Source of the DNA: Candidatus Nanohaloarchaea archaeon
GTDB lineage: Archaea > Nanohalarchaeota > Nanosalinia > Nanosalinales > Nanosalinaceae
NCBI GenBank assembly: GCA_042218075.1
Contig: JBDGRK010000008.1
Coordinates: 1-19,689 of the forward strand
Reading direction: 5' to 3'
DNA length: 19,689 nt
Numbering within the stretch: position 1 is the stretch's first letter; each line of letters starts with the position of its first letter. Positions 7,313 to 15,910 of the stretch are shown here, piece by piece. Under the pieces are notes generated by a model. That model did not search any database. It was given only the letters and a program-made list of their open reading frames with translations, and was not told the origin of the DNA. The position numbers were made by a program, and so were the translations under genes.

Positions 7313-8314
7313 TTATAAATCTTTGTAAGTGTTTTTCGTCGTCACAAGAATTGATTTAAATATTCCAAGTATTATTGGCCCAATAAAAAGACCTACAGCC
7401 CCGAAAAGATAAACGCCGCCTATTACTCCAATTAAGATTGCTGCAGGATGTATATCTGCCTTCCTGTCAACGGCAAAGGGTCTTAACACATTATCCGTCA
7501 GGCTGACGACAACTACCCCGTAAAGTGCCAGGAACAACGCAGAAAATGCTTCACCTGTAAGGAAGAGGTATACTGAGGCTGGACCCCATACCACGAATGA
7601 ACCAATGATCGGTATGAAACCCAGGAGCACCATTACAAACGTCCAGAAGATGTAGTTGGGAACTCCTGTCAGGAAAAGCCCCAGGCCCGCGATAAGACCC
7701 TGCACAATCGCCACAAAAACATGGCCTTTCATGACCGCCCAGGTAGTCCTCTCAATATCGTTGAAAAGCTTCTCCTCGATCTCCGGTTCCATCGGAAGCG
7801 CCTCCTTGATCCATTCGACCAGTTTGCCTCCATCCATGACAAGGTAGTACATGAAAAACAGCATCAGTGTAAGGCCGATCGTCAATCCGGTAACAAAACT
7901 CAGAACGCGTGAGAAACCTCCCAGAGCCCCGTCCAAAAAGTTTTCGACCCCTCGATCGATAGATTCCCTGAGCTCCACATCCCTGCCGGTCAGTTCCTCG
8001 AACCTCTGCTCTATTTCCGTCATGTTGACCGCAGTCGTGTTTTCAATATCTCCTCCAAGATCCCTAGCGTCTTCAATTATAGCGCTGGCCGCGACCAGGA
8101 AAGGCACTATAGCCAGGAAAACACTCAGGAATACCAGCAAAAATGCAGATATCCTTTCAGGAATGTATCTCGAGGTTCTGGCGTGTAGAGGCCTGAGAAC
8201 AAACGCTATAAGTGCTGCACCCACAAGATACGCGAGAAAGGGCTCAACCATGTGGTAGGAGATCCATGCCAGCACGCCCAGCATAACCAGGAGAAAAGCT
8301 TTTCTAGCCTCCAT
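7313..8314 (-). CDS. AI-2E (PerM/YdiK) family transporter
   Basis: 'AFVLRPL', 'FMYYLVMDG', 'GFIPIIGS..VWGP', 'DNVLRP', 'HPAAILIGVIGG..LFG..GLFIGP'. Confidence 0.92.
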   Translation of the reverse strand: MEARKAFLLVMLGVLAWISYHMVEPFLAYLVGAALIAFVLRPLHARTSRYIPERISAFLLVFLSVFLAIVPFLVAASAIIEDARDLGGDIENTTAVNMTEIEQRFEELTGRDVELRESIDRGVENFLDGALGGFSRVLSFVTGLTIGLTLMLFFMYYLVMDGGKLVEWIKEALPMEPEIEEKLFNDIERTTWAVMKGHVFVAIVQGLIAGLGLFLTGVPNYIFWTFVMVLLGFIPIIGSFVVWGPASVYLFLTGEAFSALFLALYGVVVVSLTDNVLRPFAVDRKADIHPAAILIGVIGGVYLFGAVGLFIGPIILGIFKSILVTTKNTYKDL

Positions 8315-8334
8315 ATTAACAATTTGTACTCAAA

Positions 8335-9513
8335 TCAAATAAAACCCTGAGGAGAAAAGAAGAGGATCGCGGGCACCAAGAGTACTGACATGCAGGAGTG
8401 CCTGTTCCCGGTGAAGGCCGCGAAGAAACCTACTGCGGAAGCCACCGCAAATATGAGGAGGCCAGCAAAGCCTGTGAGGTAGAAGCTGAAAACCACAACA
8501 GTCAGGAGAGCAACAAGCGCAAGCAGCTCCTGATACGAATGAAAGCCCGAACCCAGGAAAGCCCTTAAAGTCAAAATTGAAACAGGCGCGGACAAACCAA
8601 CGGCAAAAATCGAGGCTCCTACCACCATGAGAGCAGCATCAGTTTTTCCGAGAGTCTGAACCGCCACAGATGCCCCGGACCTTGCTCTCCCCAGCAGCAT
8701 AAGGGTCAAGAAGGAGAGAAATATGTCCGAGGTGTTGGCGCCTCCAACCGCGGAGAGAAACTTCTTCCTTGAATCCACCAGAGGCCAAAGAAAAGCTGTT
8801 GAGACAGAGTTGCTGGTGCCGGGAAGCAGAGCCACCGGAACCGATGCCAGAAACCCGAGAAAGCCTCCTCTCCTGTACCCATCCCCTCCGAAAATAAAAT
8901 TCTGCTCCGGAACTTTCCTGCCTTGCTTCAATGCATTCCATACAGAAGGAAAGGCGAACATACCCCCGAAGATCGGGATAAGAACGTACTGCTGGTTCAC
9001 AGGAGCCTGAAAAGCTATAAGGCCTAGAGAAGCCGATAGAGAAGCGGTCAGAACCGAATCAAAGATGCTTTCAGAGTTGAAAACTATCACGGCAAGAAAA
9101 AACAGCAACAGGAGATGCATCTGTGACTCCAGAAGTTTGTAAAAATCTTCCAGGAAAAAGTAGAAAAGTACTGAAGCAGGAAACGCGGTTAACATCGCGT
9201 ACAGCCCTCCGTAAACCGTGAAGACGAATCCCTCCCTGCCTCTGCCTCTCATCGCCATCTTCTGCCCGGGTAAAGCTGCCAGGGCCGAGTCAGGTTCTGG
9301 AACCCCCAGGAATATTGAAGGTATGAAGTCGTGGAAAGTGTGGGAAACAGATATGCCGGAGATAAATGAAGCATAGATAGAAAAACTGAGCTTACTGTTA
9401 AAGTAAAAAGGTATTGAGCTAAAAATTACAGTGTTAGGATGCAATCCAGGCGTCAATCCTGTTATTATGCCTGTAAAAACTCCAAGCATAATTGTAATTA
9501 CTATTTCCAGCAT
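8335..9513 (-). CDS. Tripartite tricarboxylate transporter TctA-family permease (archaeal DUF112 type)
   Basis: 'GIITGLTPGLHPNT', 'HTFHDFIPSIFLGVP', 'ALPGQKM...GRG', 'RARSGA'; many TM segments. Confidence 0.88.
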   Translation of the reverse strand: MLEIVITIMLGVFTGIITGLTPGLHPNTVIFSSIPFYFNSKLSFSIYASFISGISVSHTFHDFIPSIFLGVPEPDSALAALPGQKMAMRGRGREGFVFTVYGGLYAMLTAFPASVLFYFFLEDFYKLLESQMHLLLLFFLAVIVFNSESIFDSVLTASLSASLGLIAFQAPVNQQYVLIPIFGGMFAFPSVWNALKQGRKVPEQNFIFGGDGYRRGGFLGFLASVPVALLPGTSNSVSTAFLWPLVDSRKKFLSAVGGANTSDIFLSFLTLMLLGRARSGASVAVQTLGKTDAALMVVGASIFAVGLSAPVSILTLRAFLGSGFHSYQELLALVALLTVVVFSFYLTGFAGLLIFAVASAVGFFAAFTGNRHSCMSVLLVPAILFFSPQGFI

Positions 9514-9533
9514 ACAGCAATACCCGGATCAGG

Positions 9534-9544
9534 GATATAAAAAA
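9534..9544. promoter_or_regulatory. Putative bidirectional TATA box for tctA-like gene and nac
   Basis: GATATAAAAAA sits in the middle of a 50-nt gap, ~20 nt from each divergent ATG (9513 and 9564). Confidence 0.5.
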
Positions 9545-9563
9545 TGGGTGCCGACCTATTAGC

Positions 9564-9878
9564 ATGTTCGGCGGCAACATGCAGCAGATGATGAAGCAGA
9601 TGGGGATGGACATGGAGGAGATAGATGCGGACTCCGTGGAAGTCCACATAGGAGATAAAAAACTGGTTTTCAGCTCTCCGCAGCTTTCAAAGATAGAGGC
9701 ACAGGGACAGGAAATCTTCCAGCTACAGGGAGACTATACCGAAGAGGAAAAAGACTCGGGACCCGATCAGGAAGACATAGAGCTAGTGGTGGATAAGACA
9801 GGATGTTCGGAAGATGAGGCGAAAGAAGCGCTCCGGAATAATGACGATGTTGCAGGGGCGGTAATGGAGCTTCAATAG
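9564..9878 (+). CDS. nac: Archaeal nascent polypeptide-associated complex protein
   Basis: 'MQQMMKQMGMDMEEIDA..V', 'QGQEIFQLQG'; UBA tail 'EDIELVVDKTGCSEDEAKEAL..DVAGAVMEL'. Confidence 0.95.
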   Translation: MFGGNMQQMMKQMGMDMEEIDADSVEVHIGDKKLVFSSPQLSKIEAQGQEIFQLQGDYTEEEKDSGPDQEDIELVVDKTGCSEDEAKEALRNNDDVAGAVMELQ

Positions 9879-9889
9879 TTCAGGTCGCT

Positions 9890-10174
9890 TCAATTTTCAT
9901 GGATTATCCTGGAGAGCGCCCCAACTGTTTCAGAGCTTTCATCCAGCTCCCAGTATTTTTCGCCCGAACCCACATCTGATTCTTTGACTATGTTCTGAGA
10001 GACTAGAGAATCCCATCTCCTGTAAAGCGCGTCCCTCGAAACACCTGACGCCTCCGCCATCTGGTTCTTGTTGTAGGGTATGGCAGGATTGTCCAACAGA
10101 GTGTCGACTACCTTCAGCGTAACTTTGTCCAGTATATACTCCAGATCCTTGTTCTTTTCCTTTAGCCTTGGCAT
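9890..10174 (-). CDS. Winged-HTH DNA-binding protein (ArsR/TrmB-like)
   Basis: Start ATG 10174 (MPRLKEK..); HTH 'YNKNQMAEASGVSRDALYRRWDSLVSQNIV' plus wing 'YWELD'. Confidence 0.82.
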   Translation of the reverse strand: MPRLKEKNKDLEYILDKVTLKVVDTLLDNPAIPYNKNQMAEASGVSRDALYRRWDSLVSQNIVKESDVGSGEKYWELDESSETVGALSRIIHEN

Positions 10175-10214
10175 TTTAATCCCCAGGTCCCGGGTTCGAA
10201 TCCCGGGCGGACCA
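10174..10214 (+). pseudogene. Orphan 3' half of a tRNA (positions 33-73; anticodon reads TTT, Lys-like, tentative); possible att-site scar
   Basis: T-TTT-AA, TCCCC, AGGTC, CCGGG-TTCGAAT-CCCGG, GCGGACC-A give exact canonical spacing. No matching 5' acceptor, D-arm or GGGGA upstream, which is HTH coding sequence. Confidence 0.8.
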
Positions 10215-10237
10215 TGGTCCGTATTTTGGAGACAAAC

Positions 10238-10278
10238 TTTTAATTTTTGCCATACAATACTGTATGCGAAAACATACA
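10238..10278 (+). promoter_or_regulatory. TATA-like box plus operator-like inverted repeat CATACA-N4-TGTATG
   Basis: TTTTAA at 10238-10243; perfect 6-4-6 inverted repeat at 10251-10266; third CATACA half-site at 10273-10278. Confidence 0.5.
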
Positions 10279-10553
10279 TGAAAGATCGAAATCGGTACGA
10301 AATATCGGTTTTGGCAAAGCTCTGGAGAAGAAACCTGTTTGGAGGCAAGTATGAGCCGCTGGAGAAACTAATGAGCGATATACCGAAAGAGAATCGGAAT
10401 AAAGCCGGAAAAGCCTTCGATAATTTGCACAAGGACGGCCTGATTCTTCTTCACAAAGGAGGTAAATGCGCTTCTATCAATACCAAATACAAGAAAAAAG
10501 TTAGAAAAATACTCAAAGGAGAAATCCCTGACTATATTCTTGATCTCAGATAA
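10278..10553 (+). CDS. Small basic hypothetical protein, predicted winged-helix-like
   Basis: MKDRNRYEISVLAKLWRRNLFGGKYEPLEKLMSDIP...AFDNLHKDGLILLHKGGKCASINTKY..; resembles small uncharacterised archaeal proteins with 'GG.H...L...P' and 'L.K.G.....G....N' patterns; AT-rich DNA. Confidence 0.7.
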   Translation: MKDRNRYEISVLAKLWRRNLFGGKYEPLEKLMSDIPKENRNKAGKAFDNLHKDGLILLHKGGKCASINTKYKKKVRKILKGEIPDYILDLR

Positions 10554-12179
10554 TCAGTTCTCCAGGTATTCCAGGAATTTTGCGTAGGCCGGCCTGGTGA
10601 TGGTTATTCCTACCAGTACTCCCAGGATCGTTGTTATGGCGAATCCCTGAATTGACTGGAGGGCGAAGCCTGAAGGGTTCAGGGTGAATGCGAAAGCGGA
10701 TACAGCGATTGCCAGGCCTCCAATAGCAACGTAGTGGGGTCTCATCCTGTTGGAGTAGAGAGTGTAGCCAATAATTCCTATTCCCGCAGCACCTATCGCC
10801 AGATTCGATATAGAGGGAGAAATTACGGGCATCATCGCTCCTATGGTGGAAGCTGCTGAGGTGAAAATAACGAAGAAGGCTCTCTTCAGCCTCTTCTTCC
10901 AGTCCCTGATTATCTCCCTCCCGGACTCATCCGTGATGATAATCTGGTCGTCGACCCCTGTCCCGACAGCGGCAATAATGCCTGCGATAGACGCAAGGTC
11001 AAGAGTGATGATTGTCGAGAAGAAAGCACCAAGCAGGATATAGACCTCGGAGGCGCCCGTGATCACGATCGGGAGAACCAGTCTGGGATCCCTGTACCTC
11101 AGGAAGACAAGAGCTCCTACCGCCACGAGAGAGAACAGTATAGAGACTATCGCGGCCGACATGAACTGTGATCCTAGGGAAGAGGAGATCGTCGAGATGC
11201 TCTGGATTTCCACCGGGGAAGGAAGGCTTCCCGACTGCAGTATAGCCTGTAGCTCTTTCATGTCAGCTCTTACGGCAGCCTCCGTCTCTCCACCCCCGTT
11301 GATCGAGGGCTGGGAAACCACTCTAGTCCTGAAAACCGCTCCCATCCTGAGAGAGCTCTGCCTCTCCCCGTCGACGTAGAGTCTGAGCATCGCAGGACCT
11401 GAACCTCCTATCATTCCGAGGTAGGGTTCGCTTGTCCTGGGATCCGTGTATGTATCCTCGTAGTTCCTGGCGATAGTTCTCACCCGCTCCGCGGCCGACT
11501 GCTCCAGAACGATCGGGAACGTGAAAGAGTAGGCGCTTCCCGACCTGCTCACCCTCGACCTGGATGTCAGAACACCCTCTATATCCGAGCCATTATAGGC
11601 GACCACCTGCATGTTCGCCCCTGACTCCGTATTATTTACGTAACGGAACTGCACTTCCTCAAGCTTGAACCTGTCGCCAGGCGAGTAGGTTTCGCCGTTC
11701 ACCGTTACGGAGCCCCCGGTGTAGTTGAAGCTGTAGCTCTTCTCTTTCAGCTCAAAGTCAAGCGAATCCCTGACCCTGAAAGGAAGCCTTGCCTCGAACT
11801 TGCCCTCCTGCGAGATCAGATTTTCTAACTGTGTTTGGTTTGTGGTCGCGACCTCCACCTGTATTCTCAGGCCTTCATCTCCAAGGTCCACGGTCCTGAC
11901 GCTGGCCTGAGTAAGACCGAATGCGCTTACCCTCTGCTGTAGTATATTGCCTATCTGCTCCACTTCAGACCTGGAAGTATTTCCCTGAACGCCCAGGAGC
12001 ACTCTCGTTCCCCCCTTGAGGTCCAGTCCCTGGTTTATGTTGGTGACGAGGCGGTAATCGCCATTTCCAGTCTGCTCGTAGGGAAGCGGATTGAAGGGGA
12101 AAAGCATTACAGTAGAGATAAGTAGAGCTGATATCAGAACCCAGATTCTCCACTCCCTGATCAGTTCTCCTAGCTCCAT
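10554..12179 (-). CDS. secD: Protein translocase subunit SecD
   Basis: 'QGLDLKGGTRV', 'LQQRVSAFG', 'LQSGSLP', 'GTGVDDQIIITDE', 'QGFAITTILGVLVGITITRPAY'. Confidence 0.95.
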   Translation of the reverse strand: MELGELIREWRIWVLISALLISTVMLFPFNPLPYEQTGNGDYRLVTNINQGLDLKGGTRVLLGVQGNTSRSEVEQIGNILQQRVSAFGLTQASVRTVDLGDEGLRIQVEVATTNQTQLENLISQEGKFEARLPFRVRDSLDFELKEKSYSFNYTGGSVTVNGETYSPGDRFKLEEVQFRYVNNTESGANMQVVAYNGSDIEGVLTSRSRVSRSGSAYSFTFPIVLEQSAAERVRTIARNYEDTYTDPRTSEPYLGMIGGSGPAMLRLYVDGERQSSLRMGAVFRTRVVSQPSINGGGETEAAVRADMKELQAILQSGSLPSPVEIQSISTISSSLGSQFMSAAIVSILFSLVAVGALVFLRYRDPRLVLPIVITGASEVYILLGAFFSTIITLDLASIAGIIAAVGTGVDDQIIITDESGREIIRDWKKRLKRAFFVIFTSAASTIGAMMPVISPSISNLAIGAAGIGIIGYTLYSNRMRPHYVAIGGLAIAVSAFAFTLNPSGFALQSIQGFAITTILGVLVGITITRPAYAKFLEYLEN

Positions 12180-13084
12180 GGAAGCACCTCTCCCAGAGAG
12201 CTAAAGTCTCCCTCAACATACTTTTTGAGTATCACAGCGTTTCCAAAGTAGGTCAGCGGAATGTCCGCGAGAAGCCCCATCACCATTACGGAGGCGATCT
12301 GGGAAAGTTCCGAAGGGCCAACCATCGATTTAGAAACGAAGTAAAGTATCGTGAAGCCCGCTATACCGCCCGAACTCATCGTAATACCTGTCTTGACCGA
12401 GCTCCAGATTCTGTGTTCCAGGGAGTTCCTGTCCTGCCTCAGAACTCGAGTAGAGAGAACGATATCGGTGTCGACCGAGTAACCGATAAGCATCAGCAGG
12501 GCCGCAAGAGAGCCCAGTGTGAGATCGATGCCGAAAAACGCCATTCCCGCAAGCGCAAATAAAATGTCGCCCGCAGCCGCAAATATAACAGCAAGAGAAG
12601 GCGTCAGGTCTTTGAATGCGTAGAAGATCACCAGGCTCATTATCGTGAAAGCCATCAGGAACGCAAGCTGGGCCTGGATAAAGAACTCGTCCGAGACAGC
12701 CGCTGACAAGCCTCTCAGGCTTTGAACCGACGCCTCGTAGCCAGCTTCTCTCAGAATCTGTTCAGCCTCCGACTCGTTTATCTGTGGAGGTGGAAGCCTC
12801 ACGATCAGCGAGGTCGTGTTTCCGGTTGTCTGCTTCGCAGCTCTGACCTCTTCCCTTCCCTGGCTTGCGAAGGTTCTCTCAATTTCCGCAGGTTCGAAGC
12901 TCTGGTTGATCGAGAACTGGATCTCAGTTCCACCGGTAAAATCGAGGCCCTTGGAAACGAACTCGCCACTATCCAGGTAGTTGAAACCCAGATAGCCTAC
13001 CGAGACTATCACTATAAGGACAGGGATCACAAGGTAGCGATCGAATTCCGAGTAGATTTTCCCAAAGTAGCGGTCCCAGTCCAT
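12170..13084 (-). CDS. secF: Protein translocase subunit SecF
   Basis: 'GLDFTGGTEI', 'LMLIGYSVDTDIVLSTR', 'GLLADI'. ATG 13084 lies 6 nt after GGAGGT, preferred over TTG 13090. Confidence 0.95.
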   Translation of the reverse strand: MDWDRYFGKIYSEFDRYLVIPVLIVIVSVGYLGFNYLDSGEFVSKGLDFTGGTEIQFSINQSFEPAEIERTFASQGREEVRAAKQTTGNTTSLIVRLPPPQINESEAEQILREAGYEASVQSLRGLSAAVSDEFFIQAQLAFLMAFTIMSLVIFYAFKDLTPSLAVIFAAAGDILFALAGMAFFGIDLTLGSLAALLMLIGYSVDTDIVLSTRVLRQDRNSLEHRIWSSVKTGITMSSGGIAGFTILYFVSKSMVGPSELSQIASVMVMGLLADIPLTYFGNAVILKKYVEGDFSSLGEVLPWS

Positions 13085-13170
13085 GTCCAAACCTCCGCGA
13101 CCAGGCTTTTAAACTCAATGAAGATGGAAGAGCATTAAAAAAACTCTCACAATATTGGTTTTGTATAAAA

Positions 13171-15906
13171 ATGGAATTCGGGTTCTCGGAGAGGAAGAAA
13201 CGGCTGGAAGAGAAACTCGAGGAATTTAGAGAGCAGCCGGTTGAATCAGCGAAGAACAGCTGGGCTTTCTTTTCAGTCACGTTCATTTTCCTCATGGCAC
13301 TCCACCTTAGACTGATGCCGGAGCAGGGTATGAAGTACCTCCAGGCCCTTGACCCCTACTGGATTTTCAGGCAGAGCCAGCACCTTGCCTACTCGGGAAA
13401 AGTTCCGGCCGTGGACTTCATGAGGTACTTCCCGTACAACGCTCCCTTCTACAACTTCAACCAGGGAGAGATAATCATTCCTGCGCTGATCTTCAGGACG
13501 GGAGGATTCCTATTCTTCAGTAGCTACCTCCAGTACGCTCAATTCTTCCCTGCGATGATGGGGGCGCTCGGTGTAGCGGGGACTTACTTCCTTGGAAAGG
13601 AACTCTACGATAAGTACGCAGGCGTCGCATCGGCGTTCTTCCTCGCAACGATCCCTGGAGTCCTCCACAGAACCTCGGCAGGCTTCTTCGAGAAAGAACC
13701 TGTCGGAAGCTTCTTCATGATAATGTCGCTCTACTTCTTTACGAGAGCCTGGAGGAGAAACCAGAACTGGTCAGGGGTTCTATCCGGGCTATCACTCGGA
13801 CTTTTCACCATCAGCTGGGGCGGATCACAGATGCTCTGGCTTCTCTACCCGGCAGTCACAGGTATCATGCTATGGCTGAATGAAGATATCGAGAAACTAG
13901 TTGCCGCCTACACTCCGACAGTGCTACTGGCGGGAGCCTTCGGCGCGATATTCAACCCCAGCAGGTTCTGGATCACAAGATCCTATTTCTTGATAAACGT
14001 CGCGATGCTGGGATTCCTGTGGAGTCGCTACCTGGTCGAGGAACTTGAAATAATCTCCGAGCGAAAGCTTACATACTACACCCCGGGAATGTCTCTTCTC
14101 GGGCTCTTGATGCTGGTTCTGTCTCCGCTCTACTCCAGCTTCGTGGCTTCAAAATTCATGGGATTTCTTGGCAAGATACAGCAGGGCAACGGAAGCGGCA
14201 CGATAGGTGGAACAGTTGCGGAAAACCAGGCCGCGGGACTCAGCCAGCTTGTCGGTCAGCTAGGAGCATCCAGCTCAGTCAACATAGTCAACCAGCTCTC
14301 ATCGGTTCCAGACCTCTTATTGAACACGATCGCGGTCTCGTTCTCCGGAGTATCTAAGCTGGTCGGCTCCTGGACACTGGGATACATCGGGATAGTTTTC
14401 GGCGGCACTTACGTATCTGCGATGGTGCTCAGGAAAACAGGCTTTATCGAGACAGAGGTGGATAGAAGGACATACCACAGTATCATGGTCGGGGTGCTAT
14501 TCCTCTGGTCCCTGGGGTTTGCCGCTTTCTTCCAGTCAGACGTTGTAAGAGCTATTGGACCTGCAGTACTTGCGATAATAGGAGGACTGGGAGCCCTCAA
14601 CGCTATAGGCTACGAGAAAAAGGTGGAGATAGATTTCAGGTGGTACCAGATACTTCCGCTGTTCTGGGCCGTGAGCAATATAATAGGTGCGGTTTCAAGG
14701 TCGAGGCTGATCTTTCTGGCAGCCTTCCCGATATCATTCATGGCAGGTTACGCCTTCTCAAGGGTCTTCAGGACACTCAAAAGCCTTGATAGGGAAAAAC
14801 TGGAGTACATAGGAGCAGGGTCTGGGCTGGTTGTGATCGACCTGCTGCTGGTATTCCTGGGCGTGTCAGTGACAGGAGACCTTTTGGTTTCGGCGGCTGT
14901 TGTGCTAGTAATAAATGGAGTTGGCGTCTACCTTCTAGAAGAGGAGGGTCCCGGTATAGATGAACTGCTGGGAACGAATAAGGAGTTCCGGCTGATTATA
15001 CTTGTTTTCCTGATCCTGGTGACCGGGAGCGTCAACTTCTCAGCCGCGTACGTGAATGCCAACAGTCTTGGAGGTTCTCCCAACCAGCTCTGGATGGAGA
15101 ACCTTGACTACATGGAAGAAAACACTGAACCAGGAGATGTGATCCTTTCATGGTGGGACTACGGTTACTGGTTTGAATCTATAGGTAGAAGGGCGGCGAT
15201 CGCCGACGGAGGAAACAACCAATACTACACCGGTAAGAAAAAGATAAACTTTCCTCTTGCGAAGTTCCTGACCTCCAACAGCACTGAAAAATGGGAGCCC
15301 TGGCTTGACAAACATTCAGTTGATTACGTGGTTCTAGATGAGACAATGATCGGAAAGTACTCAGCGGTGAGCCAGATAGCACACAGGTCGAACTCGGACT
15401 TCCGGTCGATGAGGCAGCTCTCCACGTCCCGCGATATTCGCAAATCTCTCAGCAGGGATAGCAACAATCAGACGGTTGTGAGGTTTTCAAGCAGAGGATT
15501 GAGGCTCTACGTACCCATGAACCTTTCGATGAGAGATCCGGAGATAACTTCGGCACCGACACTTGGAGCAGGAAGACGAGGGCCAATCGACTGCGTGCTG
15601 ACCTCAGAAGGCGTGAAGGAGTTCGACACTGAGAGGATGGAAGTGACCGGCAGGTTATTCGGCTACGATGACAGGAGTGTGAGAGTCTGTGCGGCTATAA
15701 ATCCCTTCCAGAACGTTAGAAGAAGTCTGGCCGGACTGAACAGCGGTCGACCAAGGGCAGCGAAGGCTGTACTGGTACCGAGAAAGATGGCTGACCAGAC
15801 CCTCGTGAGACTTTACCTCATGGACGGTCACGGCCTGGAGAACTTTGAAAAAGTGCCGGAAGGTTCACCGTTCGACTTCGTGAAGATGTGGGAGTACACA
15901 GGGTGA
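13171..15906 (+). CDS. aglB: Oligosaccharyltransferase AglB (STT3 family)
   Basis: 'LDPYW', 'GFFEKE', 'TVAEN', 'SWWDYGYW', 'AIADG', 'DETMIGK' helix; many TM segments plus soluble C-terminal domain. Confidence 0.96.
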   Translation: MEFGFSERKKRLEEKLEEFREQPVESAKNSWAFFSVTFIFLMALHLRLMPEQGMKYLQALDPYWIFRQSQHLAYSGKVPAVDFMRYFPYNAPFYNFNQGEIIIPALIFRTGGFLFFSSYLQYAQFFPAMMGALGVAGTYFLGKELYDKYAGVASAFFLATIPGVLHRTSAGFFEKEPVGSFFMIMSLYFFTRAWRRNQNWSGVLSGLSLGLFTISWGGSQMLWLLYPAVTGIMLWLNEDIEKLVAAYTPTVLLAGAFGAIFNPSRFWITRSYFLINVAMLGFLWSRYLVEELEIISERKLTYYTPGMSLLGLLMLVLSPLYSSFVASKFMGFLGKIQQGNGSGTIGGTVAENQAAGLSQLVGQLGASSSVNIVNQLSSVPDLLLNTIAVSFSGVSKLVGSWTLGYIGIVFGGTYVSAMVLRKTGFIETEVDRRTYHSIMVGVLFLWSLGFAAFFQSDVVRAIGPAVLAIIGGLGALNAIGYEKKVEIDFRWYQILPLFWAVSNIIGAVSRSRLIFLAAFPISFMAGYAFSRVFRTLKSLDREKLEYIGAGSGLVVIDLLLVFLGVSVTGDLLVSAAVVLVINGVGVYLLEEEGPGIDELLGTNKEFRLIILVFLILVTGSVNFSAAYVNANSLGGSPNQLWMENLDYMEENTEPGDVILSWWDYGYWFESIGRRAAIADGGNNQYYTGKKKINFPLAKFLTSNSTEKWEPWLDKHSVDYVVLDETMIGKYSAVSQIAHRSNSDFRSMRQLSTSRDIRKSLSRDSNNQTVVRFSSRGLRLYVPMNLSMRDPEITSAPTLGAGRRGPIDCVLTSEGVKEFDTERMEVTGRLFGYDDRSVRVCAAINPFQNVRRSLAGLNSGRPRAAKAVLVPRKMADQTLVRLYLMDGHGLENFEKVPEGSPFDFVKMWEYTG

Positions 15907-15910
15907 GAAA

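Noticed and set aside
9879-10214. Intron-containing tRNA with the HTH gene inside the intron
   Set aside because: No 5' exon (GGTCCG.., D-arm, GGGGA) found upstream of the HTH gene; the nac-HTH gap is only 11 nt.
10080-10432. Extended versions of the islet genes (9890-10432 minus, 10080-10553 plus) and a possible SSV-type split integrase reading through the tRNA fragment
   Set aside because: The extensions overlap each other and the tRNA fragment; no tyrosine-recombinase motifs on either side, and the 'MVRPGFEPG' frame stops after 17 codons.
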